64,000 nucleotides of DNA, taken from assembly GCA_000934665.2 (NCBI GenBank), contig JYFJ02001843.1, positions 1 through 64,000 on the forward strand, read 5' to 3'. The position numbers and the translations under genes are program-made. The notes below the pieces were generated by a model. It worked only from the letters and a program-made list of their open reading frames with translations. It did not search any database and was not told the origin of the DNA. Positions 1 to 14,100 of this stretch are shown here, one piece after another. Numbering within the stretch: position 1 is the stretch's first letter; each line of letters opens with the position of its first letter. This DNA is from Catajapyx aquilonaris. Taxonomy: Eukaryota.

Positions 1-56
1 AGTGTAAATAACTGCTCGAGCTTTTAAAAAAATTGCTAGAGGTCTTGCAATGTATA

Positions 57-342
57 CTCTCTAAAAAATAGAGTTAAAAAAACTCAATAAGAGTTAAATT
101 AACTCTTTTTAACCTTGAAAGTGGTCATTACCAAAAATGAGTTATAATAACTCTTTGCTGGAGTTAAAACAACTCTTTTAGTTCATTTCATCCTCCGAAA
201 GAGTTATTCATTCACTCTTTCGGAGGATGAAATGAACTAAGAGAGTTGTTTTAACTCCAGCAAAGAGTTATTATAACTCATTTTTGGTAATGACCACTTT
301 CAAGGTTAAAAAGAGTTAATTTAAGTCTTATTTTTTAGAGAG
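57..342. mobile_element. Foldback/MITE-like near-perfect palindrome
   Basis: Termini CTCTCTAAAAAA...TTTTTTAGAGAG flanked by TA; arms of about 119 bp (86-204 vs 214-332) around a 9-nt loop. Confidence 0.8.
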
Positions 343-3300
343 TAGAGCAACAAAGGTCGTGTGGGCCGTTTAAAAAAAGTGCTGTAACATACGCCAGAAA
401 AATAATTGCAGAACACATAAGCTTTTGAAGCAGGGCTTATAATGGTAAGCTCGAAAACAAGTACTATTGCCTGATGTTATTACTCTGCATGTAAAGTCAG
501 AGCCGCACAAAAACACCACTTATTTTGTTCAGAAAAGTTCTCAGAACTTTTAATTTTGAAATGCCACGATGCTTCAGAGAAAAAAGAGTTTTTACAGCCC
601 ATAGCATATTTCGTAGAATAACTTACTGCGTGTAATTTCGGATAAAAAGAATATTTGATTTCTCTCATATTGCAATTAGAGCATTTCCTGGTAGTTGAAA
701 TTTCTAGGAAGACGGAAGCAAAAAAAGTTTACTTTAATGAAAAGCTTCTGCCAACAACCGGATGATGATATTTTTAAAATCATTGTGTGTAGACTGTGTA
801 ATTATGAAGACCTCATAATTACACAGTCTCCGTTTCAGCAACCACACGTTAGTCTATCTCATTATCGCAATCTCCGGTTTACGTGGCCATGTTATTAATA
901 ATTAATCCACATCATGTGTTCTTAGCACTTACAACCTTACCTCAACAATGCATTATTAAAACCCTCTCCATCCAAATATTTTGACGCAGCATATCTCATG
1001 CTGGGCTAAACTCTCTCCTATCGGCATTTGAATCACTGACAACGCCCAATAACACTCGAAACCAGTGGTCAATCCCCATCTACCCACAACACTGTCCAGT
1101 TAATCATCGCTCCAGATAACACCAAAAAACATGGCACACTCGATGCTTCAAAAATCCATTCCCTTTTGTAGCACCAACTGATGCACTAAGCTTGGACCAG
1201 AAACGTCAATCATTTCGTGGACCTAGGGCGGTCATCGGGTACCCAATTTGTATTTAAATCAACCCAGCATGTGCTGGAATAATGCATTCAAAGTGGGACT
1301 GGGTTTGTTTGCACTTTCCAAACGGAAATATCTGTCCGGAAAGCCAAATATCAACCCTCAATATACACATATGTGCAGAAAGTTCACCCAACAATGCTGT
1401 TGTCTGTACATAGTCCCAGACGGTATCATGTGTCAGGCTGGCTAATCCGGTCGCAATTCACTTTTGGTCCGAAGCAGAACGGACCGCTGCCGAAAATTGG
1501 CCTTAATTAAAACTAATGGACCTTCGGCCCCTTCCTAACTGTTTCAAATTAAAACCAGAGGCCTTTTGACAGCGGGATGCGGCGACGGAACTTTTGGCCT
1601 CCTCTGTTCTCCACTGTAACAAACCATCACCTCGTATCATTGCACTTTCCTTGGTAAGCCCCTTAAATTACCCCCGATGGCAAATAACCAGGGCATGGAC
1701 CTCCTTTATTCCGGGTTAGGATGCAATTAAATTACATCTTCCGGACAGGGCAGACTACCCAACGTTCCGGATTAAAGGCCGCTTCGTGTATATAGTGCCT
1801 TGGACCAGACGCTTCAATTACATGAAATTTTTGTTCTTGTTGTATAAAATAAATCTGGTGTGTCTAACCAGCTACTTATCGGCATCATCCTCGCAGCTGA
1901 GCTGGTGAATCCAATGCCTTTGGCGTGTTGGAGAAGTTCTTCAAGACAAAAGAAGCGTTCCGTCGTGCTCTAACAGGATAAAAGCGAACAAAATTAATCC
2001 CGCGTTTCATTATTATCACTCGGGGAAACTCCTTGCCTTGGAATCCTCGTCAATTGTGCATTAATTTTCATGCATTGCAGACGAGCAAGCCTTTTATTAA
2101 TAAATTGCATTGACGGGCCATTTCGAGGGTTTCATATCAAACGTGTGGGCTGGGACCATTGGTTAGTGCAGACTATGCCAGTTGTTGACTGCAACGGAAT
2201 TTGCAAAGGCGTGGTTGTGTCGGTATTAAGTAAAAAATTGAGGGTTCCCCCCCCCCTCCCCTCCAAAAAAAACCCGTCGATTTATCACAAGATTTTTTTT
2301 AACGAGATTTATTGAGTGCGCACTACAGTTCGATCAATGATAGTTGGTAAGCTCTCTATAGTTGGTGTACTACGCTGGACTTATTTCTAACGCTACGCTT
2401 GGGGGAAGGGGGTCGAAATGGTCGCTGTTTGCGACGTTGCCAGAGTTATGGTATGAACCTCAGGGACTACGGATGAGAATTATTTTTATGGCAAGCTTGG
2501 GAGTAACTCTGGCAATGTTGTTGGAGCTGCGCGAGTGTGAGTGTTCACTCGGTTGCGCTCATTTAAAAAAAATCATAGCAGGACGTTCATTACTGCCAGG
2601 AAACGTTTTATACTTAAAATTATGTCTGCAAGTAGGGGCCTATAATGTACCCAATATTTTCAAGCATGTATCCTATATGCTATGTAATACTCATGCAGAA
2701 AACACAGCTTAGTATGGGTGCATTATCCTTGTCTATTTCTAGACTTACAATACATGATCCACTTCAACAGTGCTCGACTATAAAAAGTTGCGGTTGGGAC
2801 CATCCTGTAAACAACGGGGCAGAAGAGGTCTCTGCAATTTATGGCACGTAGTACCTGAAGTCTATAACATCCGAAGCCACTGACGGACCACAAGCTCGTA
2901 AAAGGAGATTATGTTGCCGCCTTGGATTAGAGTTTGATAAACTGCTCCTAATTTCAAATTCCACTCGTCCCTACCCCCGAGGTAATAACTTGCGATATGA
3001 GACCTGCCATCGAACCCCATTAGATAAGTGTTGACCCAGCTTATTAGCCACATTTTTATAGTAGCTTGTTGTTGGGGGTAAGGGGATAAGAGTTGATGCG
3101 GTTTTATTTGCCCTCTTGATTAACACGCCTAATGATATTGAGCCCTGAGTCTGGAAAAACGCTTTTTTGATTAATCTTGTAAGAGTATGGCTATAACTTT
3201 GGGAGAAATTAATTTGTTTCAGGAATATTGCTTTTAGGAATATGAACACACCGTTTTCTGCTTTTTAACGTCCGTCGGTATAGGTTGTACAGTGATATTA

Positions 3301-6300
3301 TGTGAAAAATGCTTGGGGGTAAACCTTTTACTGTCGCTTCCATTCTGTGACTGACCGACATTTAACACTGTAGCTTAATTCAAACTGTCAAAGTAGCACT
3401 TTTCCAGTGGCTGGACAGTAGCTCTACAGTACATCAAAGCCTTTTTTTGTTTAAAAAAAAGAGGCAGACATGACCGAAGGCATATTATATACAAGGGCAT
3501 TAACTCATTCTATTGAGCATGAACTGGCCAAGGTCTATGCAAAAATATAAACGCATAATATACTGTACAGTGAGGTTTAATGCAGCAGGATATCTTCTCA
3601 CAACATGAAATAAAATGCTCGTTTTTGTTAGGGATTTTTGGTTGGCCTGGGCGGCCTGTTGACTACCCAGAGGTGGCAACGTGGCCAAAAAAAGGATAGA
3701 TCTTTGTTTATAGTTCGCAGCCTTGTGCTCTAGGGCGTGCTCTACCCCCAAACCTGATCGATGTCCGCTTTTCTGCCGTGCTGTAAAAAAAATGGCCGAG
3801 GCAAGATGCAAGGAGTATTGCAAAAAAAAAGTTGACCATATGTGGTCTGGAAAATTAAGGAAACTCCATGTTGAAAGACGCAAATTTGATGTTTAAAAGC
3901 AGCCGTTTTATCCCAATGGAAATGAAAAGAGTCGGGGACATGCTAAATGCATCAAGTTGGTGTCGATAATCTTTCTGGGGCTTTCCAATAATGCTGGGAT
4001 CTCTCCGGAACATGCGGGTTCCAAAGATATCCCGGAGACAGCATCAATGGGGCCGCCTCCTCTGAATTCCCGAAAGTGTTTGAAGGGCGTTTCCGACAAG
4101 ATTCGAGGAAGATTCTGCTGCGAATTGGCCAACTTCGGCGCCTAGAAGGAATTTCGGTCGCGCAATAAAACGTGGCCATGCAAGTGCAAATGCATTACTT
4201 TGCGGGGGTTAAAAGTCCATGGGGTGTGGGTGGGGGAGATTAGGTGAAACCAAGTGCGAAATGCGCTCTAAACCTAACTGACTAGCCCGAGTCCCACATA
4301 ATCCTAGTAATATCCGGGGGTGTAAGCCAGTGTAATGCCATCTTTCGCCTCGGTTTCTGTACATACGAGGCACAATGAAAATACTAATCCTTTGCAGCAC
4401 ACCGCTTATTGCTTTTCTGATGCTCGTGACCCGCATAACGATGGACACCATGTTGTGTCTGCACTCCAACCTTGTATAGTTAGAAACATGCTGATATATG
4501 AGACCTCGCTTCCATCATACGAGAATAGGGAGGTTCTCGGGGGTCCTCCAAAGTTGAACTTCGCACTTGAGAGAGTTCCTCCACTTGTGCGGTACTTTTC
4601 GAAAGGAAGGCTCTTCATAGTTTCTAGGCCGGAAGAAAAACACTCTAAGGAAAAGGAAATAAGTTGGGGGAGAGACCTTACGTCGTACTCTGTGGGATGC
4701 GCTTCCTCTGCAGAGATTGAAAATAAATTTATCCTATACGTTTCAAAAACAACTCGTCCTTCTGTGTTTCATTCATAAAGATTCATTAACGATCAATGAA
4801 TTGCTCTAGGCCTACATAATATAGCGAGGCTTACATAACTCGGTCCACATCCTTTCCCTCGTAATATTGGCATGCAAACTAAGCGCCATCGCCTCCAAAA
4901 TAATGTATTACATTCAAAATCCTCCCGTTCGCTTTATAGGCACGAATAGTGTCCCCGGAGCAGATCTTTTCCGCTTTTGCCAACGGCTTTTTCTTTGAGA
5001 GCCCCCGCTTTCCTGAATGCTTTAGCAGGATCAGAGACGTAGCCGCAGAACCGTATTCCTTTTACGCCGACATGGGATTTTCTTTGATTCCTGTTACAGA
5101 AAGATGCCATCCTGAAACCGTTTCCCAAAAACCTTTGGCTACGACCGAAAGCATGTCACCATATCTTCATATTTTCTGAAACCTGCCTGCATGACCACAA
5201 CCGAGCTTGCATTTTTTTTTCCACAAATTATAACACTGCTATACCATTTGCTCCAAAATATTTTCTGGCTTCAGAGCCAACCTTTCTTAAAGTATACGAC
5301 TATATGAACTGCGCTGAAGGAAGTCCAGATTAAATAATGCAATTGGTCTAACGCAATTATGGAGCGGGACGTACAGTTGCGGAGCAGAAGAAAAGTAAGT
5401 AACACTGGATGAAGACAAATCACTCGAGGAGTTTCAGTCCCATAAATCACTTCTCGGGGTCACGGTGATTCATTATCACTTGCCAACTCCTTTTCAATCC
5501 ACGTCAGTATCTCCTACTGTAGGCCCTTTACACACTGCATTACTACGCCTTCCAAGGCAACTATAGCTTATATACTGCGCAGATTCTGCTTCTTTTTGCT
5601 AATGGCCAATAGCAATAATTTGTATTATATTTATTTATGATACCGACCTATACAAAATGTTTTGAAATGCAAGGGCAAATGATAACTATTCAGAAAAGCT
5701 TTCCACTGCATTGCTCTAAATGTTTGAATAGGTGAAAGGGAATTTTCCCTCAGGACAGAAAGGCTAGTTCCCCCCCCCCCCAAAAAAAAAAAAAAAAAAA
5801 AAATCACGCCCACTTTCACTCACTGAGTCAACTAATTCAGTACTTATTGTAGCGTAAGTGCAAATTTATCTGCATGAGCAAATGCTGAAAAAAATTTAAT
5901 TCCCGCTTCCTTTGACTGCAGCCGAAATTCACTCCGTAGATTAATCCGCTTATAGTGTCGTATATAAATCCGCATGCACGCGGACTTATTACTTAGCGAT
6001 TCGAGGCAGACTTGACAAAGGGCGTGGTCTTCTGCATATATGTAGAGTATGCCACACACACAAGGGTTGAGAGGATCACCACAAAGGCAAGCAGATTTAC
6101 ACAAGGAAGCGACATGTCACGCCATGCCCCCGGAATTCCAATCTGAGGCAAGCACTTACCTGCAACGTTGCGACATGTGCCAAGAAGAAGGTGCTCTTAG
6201 TAGGCTGCACTCTATCTAAACTATTTTACATAAATTATGAACATTTGTTTCTAATCCCGTAAACAAATAAATAAAGTATAGGGAGAACATACTCTGGAGG

Positions 6301-6363
6301 TGACGACAAAATAAGAGCCACATACACGTTTGAACTTGAATAAGTGAAATTTTTCTTCACAAT

Positions 6364-6369
6364 TTTATT
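6364..6369 (-). terminator. Candidate polyadenylation signal of sGC alpha (3'UTR about 1.6 kb); a second AATAAA lies at 6502-6507
   Basis: AATAAA on the minus strand followed by T/GT-rich sequence. Confidence 0.4.
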
Positions 6370-7979
6370 TACACCGCAATTTTTTTATGGCACAATATCA
6401 AGACACAGACAAGCTTTTACATGACCACCCAACAATACTCGAGCCAACAAACACAATATTCACATCATTACAGTACAGCTTGAGGCTTCCTGCCTCCGCA
6501 CTTTATTTTTTTATGAGTAAAGTCCCACAACTATATCGACTGGTACTGCACTTTTATGGTAGTCCCGGACATGCATTACAAGCAGGGGAGCTGATAAGTA
6601 CCTGGCTTTATACGGAAAATTAACAGCTACAAAATATTACATATTTTGTAATCAACAGGTTAAGTGCAATACACCTATATTATACTAGAAACTACTATAA
6701 ACTTTCGTGAGATGCAAGCGTGTTTGGAAAAATAAAGTAGAAGAATTGATCGAAAAAGCCAAGAACTTATCAGCACCACTCTCGTACAATGAAACAATGG
6801 GGGTGGGTAACAATGGGGCGGTGCTTTCGATCGAAGTTCCATTCGCCTTGTGGTCCGCACGCGTTCAGCTAATTCTCAGTGTTCAAACGCACAGAGCGTT
6901 TCCAATTAAGGTGTCCCTCAGAGTTAACAATCGGTTCACCACTATAGCCTGTCCGATAGTAGTTTTTTAGTTGTTGTAACTGGTTACCTAAGCTGGCAGC
7001 TTGAGTTCCCCCAGTATTTCTTTAAAGAAAAGGCTGTCGGATGTAATCTCCACGCATCCTGTAAGCTGCTTATAGGAGTTAGCATTCAAATTAGATGCCG
7101 CCACGTCCTCCAAATTGGTCCTCGGATATAGTAGTTGTAGGGCCGAAGGTAGCAGAAATTCCTGACTGATTAGGCTTAGCAGTCGCCTGATAACTAACTA
7201 GCTGGCAAACTGATTCAAACTTCGGAAGGCGAAGTTTGGCCCTTCCCCATCCCTTGCGACACGCGGAGGGGATTTATGAGGTTAAGGACATGACGCCTCC
7301 AAGCCATTTGGCCTCCGGGACAGCTTTGCTTCAATTCATTAAGAGGTGGTGATCTATGGTTTCTGTACTGCTCTATAGTCGCCTGAAGGTAACGATTCAC
7401 TTGAATGTAATGAGAGGATGCAAATGAGGATGGCTCCCAAGCTAATCCCTGCCATCTTAATCGGGAAAAAAAAGCTCGGTGCTTACATGTGTATAGCAGT
7501 CGCGTGTTAGCATCAAATACTGAACGATAAAGCAATGTGTGTGAACATCGTGGCGGCACATCACGTATCAAAAAAAAAGGCTGCTGCATTTTCAACGTTA
7601 ATTACGCTTCCAGTAGCTGTAATGCACGCAATGCAATGCATCTTCCTTACTTTGTTACCCTTTCACTTCATATGGCAGCTAGTACCTTCCCACAATATCC
7701 ATTTCGATCCTTTTTTTCTGTAAAAATGTGGACCACTAGTTGAAGCATCTGCACTTGTGTAAAAGGTGCCCAGTGTCACAGGAGAAAAGGCTGCGAACTT
7801 ACAAAAAAAAAAGAGCAACAGATCCACAACAATAAGACCTGGTCGTAAAATGGCGAGTTTCCCTTTCTCTTGAACTGCGCTTCTCGGAGCTTTAGACTGC
7901 TATTGAGGAGACTATTATGGCCCAGGTGGCAAGAGAGTAGTAGTAGTAATAGTAGTGTGTAGTAGCAGTGAAGAAGAGC

Positions 7980-8172
7980 CTACTGAGAATCCAATCTGAG
8001 CTCCTGGATGGCTGCGTCGATGTGGTCCATTGGCGAAGCCGAGTCAGGTGTTCCGGGATGCTCGTATTCCTGGAGGAAGTAGCAAGTGCCCGGAATGTCC
8101 TCCGGGAAGCCTTTTGGGAGACACTCCCGGGGACGGGCCTCGAAGCTGAATCCGGGTGTTTCAAGCAAGCAT
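7980..8172 (-). CDS. Gycalpha99B: sGC alpha terminal coding exon 10 with TAG stop
   Basis: [28 protein letters not shown] typical alpha C-terminus; TTCCAG acceptor, phase 2. Confidence 0.95.
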
Positions 8173-11100
8173 CTGGAATTATTGTCGGGGGAAAAAAAAT
8201 AACGATTGTTCTGGAATACTCGAGAGGGAAGGCTATAAAATGTGCATTATTCTACTCACTTGTGTGTGGTAGGACTGATGTTGATCCTGAGTGCCTCACT
8301 TCCGGACTCGAACTTGTTAGCAAGAGTGACATTGTTTCCAAACAAACAGTAGCGAGGCATTTGTTTTCCTACCACTCCAGCCAACACATTCCCCGTGTGA
8401 AGTCCGATCCTCATCTGCAAAATTATTTGCAAAAAAAAAAAACATATCAAAGTCCGGAACATCGTTTGTTAAGTTATCTACCTATAACAAAAGCTCTAGA
8501 GTGTACTACATTAAGTGAAGAATTCCTTTGAGAGTAAGATGCGCACCTGCTCTATGCATTCTCTACACAAATTTGCTGTAACTGTCGCAAATATTTTAAT
8601 TATGTACAGTACATTTTTTTTGTTTGATGGCAGATTTGATTTTTAGTTTGCAAATTTTGACCCGCGCTGATGGCTTCAAAAATACCTTGTTGCGGCATCA
8701 AAATATTCAGACAGCTCTAATTGGCACTCCAATTATGCAGTCTTGGAGCCCCCATCCACCTGTCGCGTTTCCTTCCTCCTCGAAAATTTAGCATCATTTT
8801 AACTGCCACTTTTGCCTCCCATTTCCTTCGGCGCCAGTTAACTTGAGCTGAAACACAGCCAATTTACCCGGAAAATGTCCCCCCCCCCCTCCCTTCCTCC
8901 TCCCCACTTAGGCTGTATCCAGCTGCCTTTTCCTCCTCTCCAAACTACCCTTCTTCCAAGGGCCTACAAAACTGTGAAGAGAGGTCTTCACCCAAAGAAT
9001 CTGCAACGACAACTCTTCCAAATAACTCGCCATTTAGGTCGAGAGAAAAGGCCCGAGAGTGCACAGGACATGAAAGTCAAGATTTTTTTTTTTTTACGAT
9101 CTGTCTAACTTTGCTGCTGCACAGAGTGGAGCAAAACAGTTCAAAGTACTTGAGAAAACCGAGGGTCTAATGACATCTATAGTTACTGGTGAGGAGCCAG
9201 GTGGTTTGCGAATGATTAACATGATTGATTATCCATCAGAGGAGTGAGCGATAGAAGGCAAGGACTAATTACCGAGACGTTTGCACGAGAGCTCTTGAAT
9301 ACCTAATTCCAGGGGAGGTAAATGCCCCCTAGGTTTTCCGTCATGGAAATTTTGGGGGGCTAAAATGATGATTTGCGGAAATTTATTGGAGGCTATTAAC
9401 GTCAGTGGATAATTGGGCTTTTCAAAGGTTTTATTTGTCGGCTCTAATCGTTCCATAGCGTATCATTTCATATAAATGGAAATTGCTCTCACATTTTCCT
9501 GAAAATTATTTTTTCAGATGGTACTTTTTGAGTTTATAATGTCACAAAGAGACATTCCCATCGTATTGTGACTGCAGAAGCACTCTGCTATAATTGCTAC
9601 ATATAACGATTCAAATAGAAAATGACCACTTTACCTGTATTGGCTTCCCGTCGTGAGTTTGGTGTGTGACGCACGTCTTCATCATTTTAATGGCCATCCA
9701 CGCAATTTGTTGGGCGTGTGTTTGGCTGGGCCTGTGCAGCCCTCCGGCAACACAATAAGCGTCACCAATAGTTTCAACCTGCATTAGAAGAAAAAAAAAT
9801 GGCAAATTATTACATTGCATTGTTACAGTTTCTTCTGCGCACAATTTTGGTGAAATTTGTGTACACAGACACAGTGCCACACCCTGTGGGGGATGTAATA
9901 TTCCAGCAGCACCTGTGTCTGTCGTATCCGATTTCGACTCCCCAATTCGGAATGCAAAGAGGCTTATCTGCGGGCTTTTCTTCGCCAAGAAGGCCGCAAT
10001 TCTCTTGCGGAAAACGAGCAGTTGAACTCGGAGCGATATCGGAAGGTCATTTTGGTGGCCGACGAGTTCCTCTCTCCTCAGCATATAAAAGCCAAACGTG
10101 CTGCAAGCGACGCTTCCCAATAGTGATGAATGTGTCATTATGAGGTTTCAGACGGCACTCCGATAATTGCACCTCTGCATGTCGGCTAATTACAGCGAAA
10201 AGCCGGTTGCGTTCATTAAAAAAACGGGGATTGCGGTGGATAATGTAGAGGTGACTTCTCGACCCTTGCGACCCACCGGTGTACCATGAGTTTAAAAAAT
10301 TCATGGAACTACAGGGTGTTCGACTGAAAGGGTCTGTCGGGGCGTAAAGCTTGAATTGTGTGTAGTTTGTGTAGCATGTTAATTTATTTTTCCCAGCGCC
10401 ACGGAGTATGCTGTCCCATGACCCAAAAGTTGAGTGTGCCACTCCTGATGTTGGTGGGGTGTACACAATGCAGCACTCTGACAGAATCAGAAGTGCATTT
10501 AAAATTTGGCCGAAAATAATTCCGTCCAGTGAAAAGACTGGTCAATTTACTTTGAACACGCAATTAATTCCTGGAATTAAACTTACATGTCGATGAAATT
10601 TTTAATCAAATTTAGACGGCTTTTCATCATAATCTCATTTTGGTCGCCGAAAATGCAATGCTTGATGATTAGTCGTACAAGTACTTTACAATGGTTCAGC
10701 CAGAGCAATTACAATTCTGTAACTCAGTCTTTCTGGGATCGACTGTCGATTCTATCCTCTTCTTGTGAACTTTAACATCAGCATGCTTCTTTTTTTTTTT
10801 AATCATATTTTTTGATGTGTTTTGAACTCTTCTGATGGCACAATAAGGTCGGTGGACCATGGCCTTTTTGATGCCCGCGTCCTCTCCCTTTGGCATTTGA
10901 TCCTTGGCCCGTACATGCATCGTTTTTGGCCATAGTCACCCTTTCACCCCCACAGAGAAAGCTGACATCGATCAGTTTGAGTGGGGGGTGGGGAGGAACG
11001 AAAAGCACCCCCCTTCCAGAGCACAAGGTTAGGAAGCACATGCTGCATAAACAACTAAAGCATCCTTCATCATTCAGCAATTTTTGAAAAAAAAAAACTT

Positions 11101-14100
11101 CCCCCCAGATATTTTTTGGCAAAACTTCTCATGCAAAAGGAGACGTATCACTCTGCATCAAAATGCGCAATCTGGCGCGATGAACAAACAGCATAAATCG
11201 GGGCAGACTGACTCCCAAATGCAGGCCAAGTTCTTTTTTTAAAAAAAAGCATTGAATTCGAGCGACACATGGGTGTAGGATCGAAATGACATTTTTCACG
11301 TCTCCAGCTGTTATCCTATCGGTTTTTCGTGTTTTCAAAAAGGGGGGGGGGGTGGATGGGATTCAACAATGGGGGAGGAAAATGACACAAAAGAGATGTT
11401 ATTACAAGAGAGTCCCTCTCTCGGGATTGGGACGTCGGTTGACTCTATGTAATATTCAAGTTGGATTTTACGGCCGCATAAAATTCCTGGGGCGCTGTTC
11501 CACAAACTCTGAGGACATCAACATCCAGACAATCACACGAGGTGGTCAGCAGCTCCCCGGATTTTACTTTCGGGCAGGACACAAAAGAATGGGTCATATT
11601 TGGCTCATAAAACGACTCGAGTACTGCAATTAAAGCTCGGTTGTATCAACTAAAATTATAATTAAATCTATATGATTAGCCCATCGGTAACATAATATTT
11701 CATAAGACGGAAAACTGCATTTTACGTGTGACACTAAACAATATATTAATTTAAAAAAATTACTTTTGTAGCACACTGTGCTGGTCGGTTTATCGTAATT
11801 AGAGATGGTTTTTATATCTTGTCAGCAATCTAATAAGCTGAGTGATTTGAGTGTGTAATTAAAACGTATACAGTTTCAGAAGCGATAATGTGGCTTTAAA
11901 TTTCACTATGAGTAGTAGTAGACTAATAGTGCGCTTTTACTGAACAATAATTCCATAAATTAACCGACAAGGTTTAATGACTTTTCAATTACGCACGCTG
12001 TTTGCGCTCTGGTTCATCTGATGGATTTAGGAAATGTTTTCACATGACGGCAATTGAGATTTAAGGTTAAGCATTTATCGTGAAATCGTAAATAAAAAAG
12101 TGCTAATCAAGCACCTATACGTCCTAATTTTGCTGCGTTCAATTTGGATCCACAGCGAAATGTCGCTTAATCAGAATTGACGTCAGAGCTGTTTTTGTTT
12201 GATGTGATATACAGGATTCGCTCACAAAAACAGAGGTTGGGCTTATTATTAAAGCCGGCGAATTGAGGACTTAATTATGGCTGGCACCGCACAGCAACAA
12301 TGCGGAATGTAAACACGACCCCGGTTGGATTCCCGGTGTTTAGGGTGCTAACCACATTTAGTCAAAGAGAGCCAGATAATAATTTTTGTGTGTATGGAAA
12401 ATTCCCCATGTGTAAAAACCCACCACTTGCATTATTTACACTTTTCGCGGTACAGAAAGGCCAACAATTTTCGACCGAAATGACAACACTTGATATTATC
12501 ATTACTGTGCAGCCACCTCTTTCCACAGAACTGTGCTCTAATTGGGTTTGAAAATTGCGCGAAATGTTTCCACCACAATGATATCAAATAGAATAATTAA
12601 AATGATCCGCATGATTCCCGGTTGAGTTCTAAGAAATTAGGTTAATTTTTCCAGCTATTGTGATAGACAGCAAAACGAAAATAGTTTAAAATATGCTCTC
12701 AAGTTTATGCAAAACGTAGGTTAAGTAACTTTCCTTGATTTTGCATGAACGTACTCAATTATTGAAGGCATTTTGGAGGGGATAAAGCGAATTAAATTAA
12801 TTTCTTCTTAATACTGTATAAGTCTTTTAAAGGCTATTGTTTGGCGTCCCTATAGATAGTACATCGTGATACGGATGAGGCTGAAAGATGACTGGCATCA
12901 TCCTGTGGCAGACAACCCGACCTGTCATATTTTAGTGTCGTGGCCCCTATGCAGCAGCTGATGCGGTATACATATTTGACAGATCCATTACGGGTAGATG
13001 GGGGAGGTATATCGACAGCCACTCACCTTGTAGACGTCAAGTTGTCCGCAAAAGGCGTCGTACTGGCTGTACAGCTTCTCCAGCATGTCAATGACCATCA
13101 GTGGTGTTGCAGTAGAGCAGATCGAAGTGAATCCGACGATGTCACTGAACAGCATCGTCACATTCTCGTGAGTCTGGGCCTCGATTGTTTGTCCTGACAA
13201 AATAATATGTAAACAAAAGATTTCTCTCACTGCATTCAGCATAAATTATGATTAATTATGTTACGTAGCGATTATTGACACTATAATCTACGTATGGTTA
13301 AACTCTCTTGAAAGGTTCCTTTTAGGTGTTATCACATAGCACTAGGTTTTATGAAAATATTCCTTTCGACCATTTCAAAGGATCTATAGCCTGAAAGGAA
13401 TGCTGCTGGTATTGGATAGATTATTAGCAATAAGCTCAGAAAACTCGTTGCAATTCAGAGCTTGAAGGGATTCATCCCTTCAACCTAATATTCATTCAAC
13501 CGAGTGCAAAAATAATTTCCTGACTGAAAACGGGCAGATCCTATGAATAGCTCCTTCTATTCGGTCCCATATATATAAAAAAAGTTTCATCTTCAAATGT
13601 TTACCTTTGAATCTGCATTGCACAAACGACATTATGCAAAGTTATTTTCCTCTCATATTCAAACGAACTGATTAGGCTCAATTTCTCTCTCTCTCTCAAA
13701 AAAAGTAAAAGTTCAACGTGAGTTCAGTATTATACTTTTCATCTCGCAAAAAAACAACCTTTAACCGCCATCCTTTTAGACGTCAATGAAATTGGAGGCG
13801 GATGCTCTTTTCCAAATTCTATGTAACGAGTTTTCTAGCGATAACGAGCTGAAAGCCTTAATTTGCACGCCTAATCCTATTAACGAAGGTGCTGGGGAAT
13901 TTGCCTTTGTCGCAAAGAACTTTCATTTCACCCGCCCTCTTAATGTGACATTGACGTAACGTGTTAACGGAGGCGAAAATAGCCGGAGAACACACCCAAA
14001 ATATCTCCTAAATTACCTCCCATTCTTCAAAGTCACATCGGTGCACAGTATATATATTTTTTATTTATTTTTTAAATTAACAATCAAATATTATTATTTG

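Noticed and set aside
7775..7982. Frame stays open about 67 codons past the sGC TAG (possible readthrough)
   Set aside because: TAG-G is not a leaky context and the extension is low-complexity (CTA)n/poly-T.
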